Source: Syntrophorhabdaceae bacterium (GTDB taxonomy: Bacteria > Desulfobacterota > Syntrophorhabdia > Syntrophorhabdales > Syntrophorhabdaceae). From it: DNA of 64,000 nucleotides. Both the position numbers and the translations under genes were made by a program. The stretch lies in contig OY762209.1 in the NCBI GenBank assembly GCA_963665295.1, positions 1,056,001-1,120,000 of the forward strand. Reading direction: 5' to 3'. The notes below the pieces were generated by a model. It searched no databases. It worked only from the letters and a program-made list of their open reading frames with translations, and was not told the DNA's origin. Of the stretch, positions 51,346 to 61,556 are shown piece after piece; the stretch's first letter is position 1, and each line of letters opens with the position of its first letter.

Positions 51346-52176
51346 ATGGGCAGGCTTTCACACAAGATAGCATTAATCACGGGTGCGGCGAGAGGGATAG
51401 GCAAGGCTACGGCCGAGCGCTTCCACGAGGAAGGCGCGACGGTCATCGTGACGGATATCAATGATGAAGACGGCGCGGCAACGGCCCGGGAGTTGGGCGA
51501 GGCCGCGGAGTACCGCCACCTCGACGTAAGCCGGGAAGAGGACTGGGCCACTACCTTTCAGATGCTCTCGGAGAAGTACGGCCGCCTCGACATCCTGGTC
51601 AACAATGCGGGCATCGACGGATATATCCAGACCAACGGGCCCCACGACCCGGAAAACCTCGATATGGAAAGCTGGCGTCACGTGCATTCGGTGAATGCCG
51701 ATGGCGTGGCCCTGGGCTGCAAGTACGCGATACGGCTCATGAAAAAACACAATTACGGGAGTATCGTGAATATCTCCTCCCGGGCGGGTATCGTGGGTAT
51801 CCCCGGCGCGTCCGCCTATGCGGCGAGCAAGGCTGCCGTGAGAAACCACACCAAGACCGTGGCCCTTTACTGCGGCAGGAACGGGTACAATATCCGATGC
51901 AACTCCATTCATCCCGGCGCCATCCTCACGAAGATGTGGGACCCCATGCTCGGGCAGGGAGCGCGACGGGAACGGATAATGGGGAACATGTGCGCCCAGA
52001 TCCCCTTGGGCCATATGGGCGTCCCCCGCGATGTGGCGAATGCGGCCCTTTATCTTGCCTCCGATGAATCGGCCTACGTGACCGGCATAGAACTGAATAT
52101 CGACGGCGGAATACTCGCAGGGAGCGCGGCCACGCCCACGGGCGCGGTTGAAGGCCCTGACGGCGGCAGAGGCTGA
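51346..52176 (+). CDS. Short-chain dehydrogenase/reductase
   Basis: [17 protein letters not shown]. Confidence 0.92.
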   Translation: MGRLSHKIALITGAARGIGKATAERFHEEGATVIVTDINDEDGAATARELGEAAEYRHLDVSREEDWATTFQMLSEKYGRLDILVNNAGIDGYIQTNGPHDPENLDMESWRHVHSVNADGVALGCKYAIRLMKKHNYGSIVNISSRAGIVGIPGASAYAASKAAVRNHTKTVALYCGRNGYNIRCNSIHPGAILTKMWDPMLGQGARRERIMGNMCAQIPLGHMGVPRDVANAALYLASDESAYVTGIELNIDGGILAGSAATPTGAVEGPDGGRG

Positions 52177-52309
52177 CCGGCTCACGCCGTTTCCACTTGA
52201 TTTCATTGACTCCTTCAGGTGCTCCCCAAGGTCGCGCCCCATCCCGCAAGGCCCCACCTCCTCCTGAATATCTTGACAGAAAAAGCTGTTTTGAGTAGAG
52301 TGAAACAAC

Positions 52310-53890
52310 ATGGCTATGGGAAAAATAAGCGTTTTTCTTCTTTCAGTGCTTGTGCTCCTATGCGCGGGGTGTGCCAACAAGGCCCCTGCCATAAGGAATT
52401 CGGCTTCCGGACCGGTGCGAGGTTTCGTGGAGAAGGGCATCGAGGTATACCGGGGCATCCCCTACGCGGAGCCCCCGGTGGGAGAAAACCGCTGGAGAAG
52501 CCCCGCGCCCGTGAAGCCGTGGAAAGACACCCTTCTTTGCACCGAGTACCAATCATCCTGTCCCCAGCCCTCGGTCTCGGAGCTTGAGGGAGGGGGCGAC
52601 GCGGGCAGGACATCGGAGGACTGCCTCTATCTGAATATCTGGTCCCCTGTGAAGAGACCGGCCCAGGGGCTGCCCGTCATGGTCTGGATTCACGGAGGCG
52701 CATTCGCGCTGGGATCAGGCTCCATGGCAGGGTATTCGGGTCTGAACCTTGCGGAAAAGGGCGTGGTGGTGGTGACCATCAACTATCGCCTCGGTCCCTT
52801 CGGCTTCCTCGCCCATCCCGCCCTGAACAGAGAATCCCGTAGCGGCGTCTCGGGCAATTACGGGCTTCAGGACCAGATCGAGGCCTTGAGATGGATACAG
52901 AAGAACATAGCGGTCTTCGGCGGAGACCCCCTCAAGGTGACGGTCTTCGGCGAATCTGCAGGCGCCCTCTCAGTGGGTTACCTCCTTCTTGCCCCTGATG
53001 CGCGCGGTCTTTTCCATCGCGCAATCATGCAGAGCGGTTCGCCCCTGTCTCAGGCCTATGTCATGCCCGGCGCGAATGGAACCTTTGCCCAGGCCCTCGA
53101 TACAGGGAAGAAGCTGTCCCGGAACCTCGGGTGCGACGGGGAAGGGGACGAAGCAGCAGCCATGCGGCGAAAGACGACGGAAGAAGTCATGGCCGCTGCC
53201 GACACAAACCTCAACTTCATCTTTAAGAGTGAAGACGGCCTGCTTTTTGCCCCGGTTTTCGACGGCGTGTTCCTTCCCGTCAGGCCGGAAGACGCCCTCC
53301 GGGAGGGCCGGCTTCATAAGGTACCCGTTATTGTGGGCACCAACAGGGACGAAGCGTCCGTTTTCATAGAGGACCTTACCCCCTCGGTTTACAGGGAGTG
53401 GATCACGAAGATGTTCGGGACCCGCTCAAAGGACATATTCGCCCTGACAGAAGGGAAGTACGAGTCGGATGAGAAGGCGGCGTACGGGAAATTCCTCACG
53501 GTTCTCTGGTTTACCGAGCCCGCGCGCGCTATGGCGAGGTCCATGGCGCGGACCGGGGCGAAGACTTACCTCTACTCTTTCACCCGTGTCCCGGACAATT
53601 CCCTGGTGAGCGAGTTGGGCGCGTTTCACGGCCAGGAGATCGAGTTCGTGTTCGGCAACCTGGGGACCATTCTCGCGACCAGGAAAGACGGGGTCCTGTC
53701 AGGGAAGATGATGGATTACTGGGTGACCTTCGCCGCTACGGGCGACCCCAACGGGCCGGGGTCTTTTAACTGGCCACCCTACGATGAAGAGACGGACCGG
53801 AATATCGAATTCGGCGACACCCTTGGGGTGGGCGTCGGTTTGGACAAGTTTATGTGCGATCTTGTGGAGAAGGTGCGGTGGGGCAGGTAG
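52310..53890 (+). CDS. Type B carboxylesterase, probable lipoprotein
   Basis: Lipobox-like LCAGC, SEDCLYLN, HGG, GESAG, FHGQE; TTGACA-N17-TAGAGT upstream. Confidence 0.9.
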   Translation: MAMGKISVFLLSVLVLLCAGCANKAPAIRNSASGPVRGFVEKGIEVYRGIPYAEPPVGENRWRSPAPVKPWKDTLLCTEYQSSCPQPSVSELEGGGDAGRTSEDCLYLNIWSPVKRPAQGLPVMVWIHGGAFALGSGSMAGYSGLNLAEKGVVVVTINYRLGPFGFLAHPALNRESRSGVSGNYGLQDQIEALRWIQKNIAVFGGDPLKVTVFGESAGALSVGYLLLAPDARGLFHRAIMQSGSPLSQAYVMPGANGTFAQALDTGKKLSRNLGCDGEGDEAAAMRRKTTEEVMAAADTNLNFIFKSEDGLLFAPVFDGVFLPVRPEDALREGRLHKVPVIVGTNRDEASVFIEDLTPSVYREWITKMFGTRSKDIFALTEGKYESDEKAAYGKFLTVLWFTEPARAMARSMARTGAKTYLYSFTRVPDNSLVSELGAFHGQEIEFVFGNLGTILATRKDGVLSGKMMDYWVTFAATGDPNGPGSFNWPPYDEETDRNIEFGDTLGVGVGLDKFMCDLVEKVRWGR

Positions 53891-54027
53891 GCCGCCGGAT
53901 TTCACGGGATCGGACCCGCGGGGCCGGAAGGGGACGAAAGCGTATCAGCCCGAGGTGCGGGCATACGGGTGGCTTCGACGGCAATGCTCATGGAAGGGGC
54001 GACTCAAGCCCCTAAAGGAGGGTCACT

Positions 54028-55203
54028 ATGAGACTATTATGTCTTGGCGCGGGAGCAGTAGGCACACGGGCGGCGGAAATCGCCGCGAGTTTCGATGAAG
54101 TCGAAAGTTTGACCATTGCCGACATCAATGAAGAAGCGGCCCTGAGGGCGGTCGAAGGGTGCCGAGCGAAGGCGTCGGCCCGGGTGGTCAGCGCCGAAGA
54201 CCGGGCGAGCCTTGTTGCCCTCATGAAGGAGCATGACGCGGTGCTGAACTGCATCGGTCCCTTCTTCCGTTTCGGCGTGTCCGTACTTACCTCGGCCATA
54301 GAGGCGGGATGCCACTATTTCGATACCTGTGACGACCCGGAACCGATTCGGGACATGCTGAACATGGGCCGCGAGGCGGAAGGGGCGGGCATTACGGCCA
54401 TAGTCGGCCTGGGCGCGAGTCCGGGCATTACGAACATGCTCGGCGCGAGGATACACTCATTGCTCACAAAGACGACGGAGCTTCACGCGGCCTGGAATAT
54501 AGAGGAAGAGTCGGCCACCGACGGGTCCGACAAGCTACAATACTCGGCGGCCATCGTTCACTGGATGAAGGAGTGTTCCGGCACGATCCTCGAACAGAAG
54601 GCGGGAAAGCTTCAACCGGTAAAACCTCTGCAGGCGGTGATGCTCCATTACCCCGGAAGGGGCAGGAGAAAGGTCTGGACCGTGGGGCACCCCGAGCCCG
54701 TTTCTTTTGCGTGGTCTTACCCGGAGATCAAGGGGTCGTCGTGCTACATGGTCATGCCTGCTTCGGTCGAAGACCACTTCGAGGGCCTGTCCCGTCAGAT
54801 TGACGCAGGCAAGCTGACCATCGAAGACGCGGCGCACCAACTGGTGGGATGGTGGCAGCATCAACCCCTCCTCGATCGCGTCATAGCAGGAATTTTTCAT
54901 TTCTTCGAACGGCCTCGTCTCCCCATGCTCTTTGCCATAGGCCGGGGGCAGGTGGAGGGGAAGAAGACGATCCTTGCCGCCCGCCTGAAATCCCTGCCCG
55001 AGGGCGTGGACCGGGCTACGGCGATCCCCCTTGCCATCGGGCTCCATCAGTTCGCTCAGGGGAAGATAGAGAAGAAGGGGGTTTTGACCCCGGAAACCGC
55101 CCTGGACGGCGATGCGTTCTTTGCGGAACTCGCGCCCTATTGCACCAGTCCGGAACGGCGGTCCCCGGAAGATCTGGTAGAGATTGCCGTGGAGGGGGCA
55201 TAG
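54028..55203 (+). CDS. Saccharopine dehydrogenase-family oxidoreductase
   Basis: GAGAVG, NCIGPF, GLGASPGITN, HPEP. Confidence 0.82.
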   Translation: MRLLCLGAGAVGTRAAEIAASFDEVESLTIADINEEAALRAVEGCRAKASARVVSAEDRASLVALMKEHDAVLNCIGPFFRFGVSVLTSAIEAGCHYFDTCDDPEPIRDMLNMGREAEGAGITAIVGLGASPGITNMLGARIHSLLTKTTELHAAWNIEEESATDGSDKLQYSAAIVHWMKECSGTILEQKAGKLQPVKPLQAVMLHYPGRGRRKVWTVGHPEPVSFAWSYPEIKGSSCYMVMPASVEDHFEGLSRQIDAGKLTIEDAAHQLVGWWQHQPLLDRVIAGIFHFFERPRLPMLFAIGRGQVEGKKTILAARLKSLPEGVDRATAIPLAIGLHQFAQGKIEKKGVLTPETALDGDAFFAELAPYCTSPERRSPEDLVEIAVEGA

Positions 55204-55207
55204 GGGC

Positions 55208-55717
55208 ATGGCGATCGAGAAGAACTGGAAGTATTACACGGGCCTCTCATTCCTCATATATAGCTTTATCCCTATTTGCACGGCGGAACTGGTGTTTTTC
55301 CTGCCCGTTTCAAAGGCGTCGGCGGTATCGTTCATCGTTGTGTACCTCGCCTCAGGGGAGGTGACCTTCCTGGTCGGGGTGGCCCTTCTGGGCAAACCCT
55401 TTGTGACGGCCTTCAAGGCGAGGATAAAGGCCTTCTTCTTCCCCCGGCGGGAAGTCACACCTCCAAAGCCCGTCAGCAGGGCCCGGCACCGGACAGGGGT
55501 CATCCTTTTCCTGATCAGTTTTATCCCCTATCCCGCGGCGGAGGTCATTCTGTTCATGGCCGACCCCGTGCGCCTCAACCCGAGGATACTCCTCCTTCTC
55601 CTCCTTTTCGGGGACGCGGTCTTCATCGCGAGCCTCTTCGTCCTGGGCGGCGAGTTCTGGGAGCGCCTGAAGAAGCTCTTCGAATGGCAGGGCAAGGCGG
55701 AACCAACCTCGCCCTGA
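55208..55717 (+). CDS. Small membrane protein (transporter-suffix-domain-like)
   Basis: Four TM segments, ALLGK, SLFVLGGEFWERLKKLF. Confidence 0.7.
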   Translation: MAIEKNWKYYTGLSFLIYSFIPICTAELVFFLPVSKASAVSFIVVYLASGEVTFLVGVALLGKPFVTAFKARIKAFFFPRREVTPPKPVSRARHRTGVILFLISFIPYPAAEVILFMADPVRLNPRILLLLLLFGDAVFIASLFVLGGEFWERLKKLFEWQGKAEPTSP

Positions 55718-55952
55718 ATGAGGCCTTTCCGGTTGTCGTGCGTTTTGTTCAATTCCGTGGTGGAAGGCGACCCGCAAACCCTTGGGGTTACTACAGCACC
55801 TCTTTTGGTATGGCTCAAGGAAGTGGAGCCGGAAAACGCCCAGTCGATGGACATCATATTATTTTTTGGCCATGGTGCGTTATACGCAAGGATAAGCTGC
55901 CGGGCCTGCGGGGTCGGCTCTGGTCGCTTTGCGGGACGGTTGTTGCCTGCCT

Positions 55953-56267
55953 CTATTCTTCCCTTTCCATCTTGATTGCGCCCTTGGGACAGGCGGCGGC
56001 GCAGATGCCGCAACCCTTGCAATAATCCAGGTCGATCTTCACCTTTCCCGTGGTGTCGTCGCGGGTGATGCAGAGGTCGGGGCAGAGGAGGGCGCATATG
56101 TCGCAGCTATCGCAGGTGCGGGCGCTCAAGCACCGGGCGGCTTCCCACACGGCTTCTTCCGGGGTGAGGCCGAGGTCCACGGGGGAGAAGGTTCCCTTCC
56201 GCTTCCTGAGGGGGAGTTCCCGTCTCTTGTGCCTGTTTACCACGTTTTTTTCGCATTCCCGGGTCAT
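55953..56267 (-). CDS. 2x[4Fe-4S] ferredoxin-like delta subunit
   Basis: EAARCLS, CDSCDICALLCPD, YCKGCGICAAACP. Confidence 0.8.
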   Translation of the reverse strand: MTRECEKNVVNRHKRRELPLRKRKGTFSPVDLGLTPEEAVWEAARCLSARTCDSCDICALLCPDLCITRDDTTGKVKIDLDYCKGCGICAAACPKGAIKMEREE

Positions 56268-56280
56268 TTCTTCCTTTCCT

Positions 56281-57684
56281 CTAGCTCTTGCCGCCGGACG
56301 AGAGATACCGGTCAATGGAGACGGCGGCCTTTTTGCCGTCCGCCACGGCGTTGATCGCCATTCTCGGGCCGGTGATGATGTCCCCTCCCGCGAACACGCC
56401 GGGTAGGGTTGTTTCAAGGGTCCCGGGGTCGGTCTTTACCCATCCGCCCTCCGACAGTTGAAGGCCGTCGAGGTCTTTCAGGAATGCGACCTCTGGCGAC
56501 TGGCCTATTGCGACGATCACCATGTCCGCGGCAAATATCCTTGTTGCATTTTCCTTGAAAGTGGGGCTGAAGCGACCTTCCCTGTCGAAGACCGACGTGC
56601 ATCGCGCGAATTCGATGCCCGTGACCTTGCCGTTTCCCATAATGATGCGCTTCGGCCCGAGGGAAGCATTGACCCTTATCCCTTCTTCCCGGGCCTGCTC
56701 CCGCTCCCACGCGCCCGCGGGCATGTGGTGGCGCTTTTCGAGGCAGACCATGCGCACTTCCCGCGCACCGAGCCTTTTCGCGGTGAGGGCCGCGTCAACG
56801 GCCACATTGCCTCCTCCTATGACGAGGGTCCTTTCCCCGGCCTCGGGCGGTTCGCTGCTATTGGCTTGCCTCAGGAAGGCGACGCCCGTTACGACCCCTT
56901 GAGCGTCCTCGCCGGGGATACCGAGTCTGGTTCCCTCTTCCGCCCCGCACCCGACGAAGACCGCGTCAAAGGCAGCGTAAATCTCTTTCATCGTGATATC
57001 TTCGCCCACCTTTGTGTTGAACCTGAATTCGACCCCTGCCTTCGCGACAAGGGAGGACTCTCTTTCGAGCACGTCCCTGGGGAGGCGGTACGGGGGAACG
57101 CCATAATAGAGCATTCCTCCCAGCGTGCTCCGGGCCTCGAAGAGGGTCACCGCGTAGCCCATCCTCCTGAGGTCGAGGGAGCAGGTCATGCCGGCCGGTC
57201 CTCCTCCTATGACGGCCACCTTTTTGCCTTTGTCCTTCCCTATGACAGGGGCGGGCATCTCCCGTCTCCCCACCTCGTAGTCCGCCACGAACCTCTTGAG
57301 GGCGCAGAGGGATACGGGTTCGTCGAGCCTTTGCCTCAGGCAGGCCCCTTCGCAGGGGTGGTGGCAGATCCGGCCTATGATGCCGGGGAAGGGCAAGTCT
57401 TCCCTGATTACGTCAAGGGCTTCGAGGAACCTTCCCTGCGAGATGAGGCGCGCGTATTCCCTTGTCTCCATGCCCACGGGGCAGGCGTTCCGGCAAGGGG
57501 GAAGGGCGGTCTTCTTTTCCTCACGGAGGGGCGTCGCATCTTCGCGGTAAAGGGCGCCGCGAAGGCTCTTCGTTTCCTTCCGGTATTCGGGGATCATTTC
57601 GGCGGGGCATCCCCGGACGCAGACGCTGCACGATTCGCAGAGGTCCGTCCCGATAACGGGTTTGTGGGTGCGGCCCTCAACCAT
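56281..57684 (-). CDS. GltD/NfnB-like FAD- and NAD(P)-binding oxidoreductase with N-terminal Fe-S
   Basis: CESCSVCVRGCP, PPCRNACP, GRICHHPCE, GGGPAG, GGGNVA, FAGGD. Confidence 0.88.
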   Translation of the reverse strand: MVEGRTHKPVIGTDLCESCSVCVRGCPAEMIPEYRKETKSLRGALYREDATPLREEKKTALPPCRNACPVGMETREYARLISQGRFLEALDVIREDLPFPGIIGRICHHPCEGACLRQRLDEPVSLCALKRFVADYEVGRREMPAPVIGKDKGKKVAVIGGGPAGMTCSLDLRRMGYAVTLFEARSTLGGMLYYGVPPYRLPRDVLERESSLVAKAGVEFRFNTKVGEDITMKEIYAAFDAVFVGCGAEEGTRLGIPGEDAQGVVTGVAFLRQANSSEPPEAGERTLVIGGGNVAVDAALTAKRLGAREVRMVCLEKRHHMPAGAWEREQAREEGIRVNASLGPKRIIMGNGKVTGIEFARCTSVFDREGRFSPTFKENATRIFAADMVIVAIGQSPEVAFLKDLDGLQLSEGGWVKTDPGTLETTLPGVFAGGDIITGPRMAINAVADGKKAAVSIDRYLSSGGKS

Positions 57685-58228
57685 GGGCCTGCCTCCCCAA
57701 CTCCCTTCCCAGTTTGAGGGCCTTGAGGTTGAGGCTTAAAAACCGCTCAGCCACGTGCTTCTCCATTGCCCTCGTTATCGCCTCCGGGGAGACGAGGCCC
57801 GTGATTTCAAGGAGGGCGCCAAGGAGGACGATATTTGCCGTCTGCGTGCCCCCGAGGTCCTTTATGGCGCGGTCCACGGCAGGGATGCCTATCTGTCGCC
57901 TCACGGGGATGCCGGCCCGGGGTGTGACCTGGGACGTGTCGTAGAGGATGAGCCCCGTTTCCGGGTTCACCTCGGCCCACTGGGCGTCGTATGCCCCCTG
58001 GGACATGACCACAAGGATATCGGCGGTGGTAAGGTGGGGGAAGTCGATGGGGCTGTCGGAAAAGACCACCTCCGATCTGCACCCCGAACCCCGGGCCTGG
58101 GCCCCGTAGGAGTTGGACCCCGCCACGAACCTGCCCTCCACGACCCCGGCTTCCCCGAGGAGGGCCCCAAGGAGAATGACCCCCTGGCCCCCGAATCCGC
58201 TCACCCTGATCTGGGTTATGTCCGGCAT
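57677..58228 (-). CDS. 2-oxoacid:ferredoxin oxidoreductase gamma subunit
   Basis: GFGGQGV, SYGAQARG, NIVLLGA. Confidence 0.9.
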   Translation of the reverse strand: MPDITQIRVSGFGGQGVILLGALLGEAGVVEGRFVAGSNSYGAQARGSGCRSEVVFSDSPIDFPHLTTADILVVMSQGAYDAQWAEVNPETGLILYDTSQVTPRAGIPVRRQIGIPAVDRAIKDLGGTQTANIVLLGALLEITGLVSPEAITRAMEKHVAERFLSLNLKALKLGRELGRQAHG

Positions 58229-58989
58229 GGCAGAATCTCCCCGGTTATGATCTTCCCGGCCAGTTCGTCCTCACTCATCCCTTCCGCCTCATCTTCGGGA
58301 ATGCATCTCTCCATGAGAAAGCGGACCAGATCTTCGGGCCGGTCGAGGCTGTTCCTCCTCCCGTACTGGGTAGGGCAGGGGGAGAGGGCCTCTATAAAGG
58401 AAAAGCCCTTGTGGTTCAGGGATGTCTTGATGGCATTGATGAGGGAGACGGGCTGGGTCACCGAATATTTCGCCACGTAGGTGGCGCCCGCCGCGGCAAC
58501 GAGGCGCGTGAGGTCGAAGGGCGGGTAGGGGTTGCCCTCGACCGTGGTGGCGGTCTTCGTGCCGAGGGGCGTGGTGGAAGCGACCTGGCCCCCGGTCATG
58601 CCGTAGATCATGTTGTTCGCGCATATGACCTTGAGGTCGATATCCCTTCTTGCCGCGTGGATAAGGTGGTTTCCCCCTATGGACGAGAGGTCGCCGTCGC
58701 CGCTTATGACCATGACCGTGAGGTCGGGATTGAAGAGCTTCGCCCCTGTGGCAAAGGCCAGGGCCCGCCCGTGAAGGGTGTGGAGCGTGTCCCCGTTGTA
58801 ATGGGGGCTCGGTATCCAGGCCGCGCAGCCTATGCCCGAAACAAAGAGCATCTTGTCCATATCCATCTTCAACTCGTCGATGGCCCGGAGCACGAGGCCC
58901 ATCAAGATGCCGTGGCCGCAGCCCGGGCAGAAGGGCGTCCCTTTCACGCCCGGCCGGATGTAACGTTCCATGGCCCTCGTCATGGGCAT
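58216..58989 (-). CDS. 2-oxoacid:ferredoxin oxidoreductase beta subunit (TPP-binding)
   Basis: FCPGCG, SGIGC, LHGRA, GDGD, YGMTGGQ. Confidence 0.92.
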   Translation of the reverse strand: MPMTRAMERYIRPGVKGTPFCPGCGHGILMGLVLRAIDELKMDMDKMLFVSGIGCAAWIPSPHYNGDTLHTLHGRALAFATGAKLFNPDLTVMVISGDGDLSSIGGNHLIHAARRDIDLKVICANNMIYGMTGGQVASTTPLGTKTATTVEGNPYPPFDLTRLVAAAGATYVAKYSVTQPVSLINAIKTSLNHKGFSFIEALSPCPTQYGRRNSLDRPEDLVRFLMERCIPEDEAEGMSEDELAGKIITGEILPCRT

Positions 58990-60125
58990 AACCTCCTCAA
59001 GCCGTCGATGATGGCGGCCGGGGGAATGACCTCCCCGTTCGTCCGGTTGAGGGAGATTACATCCGAGGAACAGAGCTTCCTCACCTCACCCGCCACCTGT
59101 CCCCGGTTCATTTCCGGGACGAGCACCTGTTTCAACGCCCCAGTTACGCTCCTCACCGTCTCTTCGGGAAAGGGCCAGAGGGTCTTGAGCCTCAGGAGGC
59201 CGACCTTGAGCCCCTCCTTTCTCAGGCGCTTCACTGCGTAGAGGCTCGTCCTCGCGGTGAAACCATAGGCAATGACCGCAGTGTCCGCGTCTTCAAGGAA
59301 ATAACCCTCCGTCTCCACGATCTCATGCCTGTTTCTCAAGACCTTGTCATTGATCCGCTCCACGAGGCGGGCATGGACGTCGGGGTCGTCCGTCTTCCGG
59401 TATCCGTAAGGGTCATGGGTCGAGCCCGTCACCGCAAGGCGCTCGCCCTCGCCGAAGACGGGCATGGGGGGCACGCCGTCCTCCTCGTCCGTGCCGAAAG
59501 GGGCGCCGCCCTTCTGTTTCTTCCTGTCCCACACCTCCACCCCCGGTGCGATCCTGATGGTCTCCCTCAGGTGGCCCGTAGCCTCCTCGGAGAGGATAAA
59601 GGCAGGCACCCGGAAGCGCTCGCTCAGGTTGAAGGCCCTGATGGTGAGATCGTACATCTCCTGGGCGGACCACGGGGAAAGGGCGATTACCTGATAATCG
59701 CCGTGAGAGCCCCATTTAGCCTGCATGATGTCCCCGCTTCCGACCCTCGTGGCCTGCCCGGTGCATGGGCCGGCCCGCTGCACGTCGATGATGACGCAGG
59801 GCGTTTCCGTGAATGCCGCGTACCCGATCGCCTCCTGCATGAGGCTGAACCCCGGGCCCGAGGTGGCGGTCATGGCCTTCGCCCCTGCCCACGCAGCCCC
59901 GATCACCGCGGAGATAGACGCGATCTCGTCCTCCATCTGGATAAAGACCCCGCCCACTTCCTTAAGCCGGACGGCCATGCGCTCCATCAATTCGCTGGAA
60001 GGGGTAATAGGGTAGCCCCCGTAAAACCGGCACCCCGCCGCGAGGGCGCCTTCCGCCGCCGCCTCATTGCCCGAAAAGTAGTAAACTCCTTCGGGAAGGG
60101 TTGATTTCACAAGGCGAGCGGTCAT
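58980..60125 (-). CDS. 2-oxoacid:ferredoxin oxidoreductase alpha subunit
   Basis: GYPITPSSE, QMEDEIA, TATSGPGFSLMQE, PEMNRGQ. Confidence 0.93.
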   Translation of the reverse strand: MTARLVKSTLPEGVYYFSGNEAAAEGALAAGCRFYGGYPITPSSELMERMAVRLKEVGGVFIQMEDEIASISAVIGAAWAGAKAMTATSGPGFSLMQEAIGYAAFTETPCVIIDVQRAGPCTGQATRVGSGDIMQAKWGSHGDYQVIALSPWSAQEMYDLTIRAFNLSERFRVPAFILSEEATGHLRETIRIAPGVEVWDRKKQKGGAPFGTDEEDGVPPMPVFGEGERLAVTGSTHDPYGYRKTDDPDVHARLVERINDKVLRNRHEIVETEGYFLEDADTAVIAYGFTARTSLYAVKRLRKEGLKVGLLRLKTLWPFPEETVRSVTGALKQVLVPEMNRGQVAGEVRKLCSSDVISLNRTNGEVIPPAAIIDGLRRLCP

Positions 60126-60651
60126 GGCCCGCCCGTCAGGAATGCTCCCCGCAAAGGGGCATCGCGCAAAAAGGACCGCCGAAGCATCCGTTTAACCATT
60201 ATATTGACCTCGCGGCATCTCATTCCATGAACTTAAGCGCCAAGAAGGCGCTACTGTATTGTATATGGTGTACGCCCCAATTTGTCAACAACCATGCCTG
60301 CCGCCGACCGGGAAGGAATTTTGTGCGGTACAAATACCGGTACATAAAAGGAAGGGGCACAGACCTCCAGGTTCTCGTGATGAAAGGAGGTATACATACT
60401 CCCATTGTCCTTTCAACGAGACGCATTTCAAACCAAAGTAGACCGGTAACGGAAGAACATCAAGAAAAGGTCTTGACACCTTACGGGTTGTTTTCTATAC
60501 CGTAAACAGCATCAGGACTTTGAGTGCCGCGACCGGGCCTCCCAAGGGACCCTTCTTCGCCGCCCCAGCCACTTGCTGTCGCTTTCCTGAGGGGGAGAGC
60601 AACCACACCACTTGAGAAGGCATCACTACATCCATAGGGGAGGATATTCCT

Positions 60652-60989
60652 ATGCCGTCCATGCTCGTCCGCTTTCGTCCCTTCGTCTGGTTCCTCATCG
60701 TCTCCTTCGTCATATCCTCGACGCCCCATATAGAGCTTGTCTTCCCCTATATGGCCCGGCTCACGGCATAGTCGCCGCCTCGGCGGGAGGCTTCACAGGA
60801 GGGGTGATCGCAGGGGCGGCAAATTCGGCGGTTTACGGGGGCCTCTACGGAGCAGCAGTAGCGGCGCCAATGGCGGGAGTTGTCGGCTTAGTGGAGTGGG
60901 CGAGGGGGGATTTTGGGGCTCATGCTCATATTGAAGTCATAGCGAGGGGACAATTATGGGATCCAAGTATTGTGTTCAGAGGGCCTTAA
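60652..60989 (+). pseudogene. Collapsed relic of a secreted polymorphic-toxin (Rhs-like) gene
   Basis: GGGGAGG RBS and signal-like ORF 60652-60771; second frame with Gly/Ala-rich linker and terminal HAHIEV...DP. Confidence 0.5.
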
Positions 60990-61525
60990 TACGGGTAATA
61001 CTGTTTCTCTTTATAGCAACCACATTTCTTTGCGGCCTCCCTGCCACTGCGATGTCCGGGGACGATGCCGGGCCGGCAATCAACAACGGTTGGTTGGGAA
61101 GGCACTTGCCTCAACTTAAGAAGCCGAGGCTTATGACCGAAGGGGACATACGAAACAAAGACGAAAGAGACACGTACCAAAAAGAAGGGTGGTCGTTCGT
61201 TTTGAAGGGAGATTTCGATAAGGACGGCTTCCCTGATTATTGCGTTTCCGGCAAGTATGATGGCCCGTATCCGGGAAAATCGATCTTTGTAGCGATCTTC
61301 ACCAAGAAGAACGATGCAATTGTTCCGCGACTGCTTTATAAGCACAGCATTCCCGCGAATGTTGCCTTCCTGATGCGAGAGAAGGGAAGCAGCGTTGATA
61401 TGGAACTCCCTCCTGTGGCCGGAAATTATGATATCATTTCGGTTGCATTTGCACTGTATACGGAATATGGATTTGTAATTATATGGAATGGAAAGGAGTA
61501 TGTCATAATTCCCAGTGAATTGTAA
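60956..61525 (+). CDS. Secreted hypothetical protein, candidate immunity protein
   Basis: Signal peptide, GDFDKDGFPD motif; AT-rich; directly after toxin-like tail. Confidence 0.6.
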   Translation: MGSKYCVQRALIRVILFLFIATTFLCGLPATAMSGDDAGPAINNGWLGRHLPQLKKPRLMTEGDIRNKDERDTYQKEGWSFVLKGDFDKDGFPDYCVSGKYDGPYPGKSIFVAIFTKKNDAIVPRLLYKHSIPANVAFLMREKGSSVDMELPPVAGNYDIISVAFALYTEYGFVIIWNGKEYVIIPSEL

Positions 61526-61556
61526 CCAGAGGGGGATACTTAGGGAGACTGCCCTA

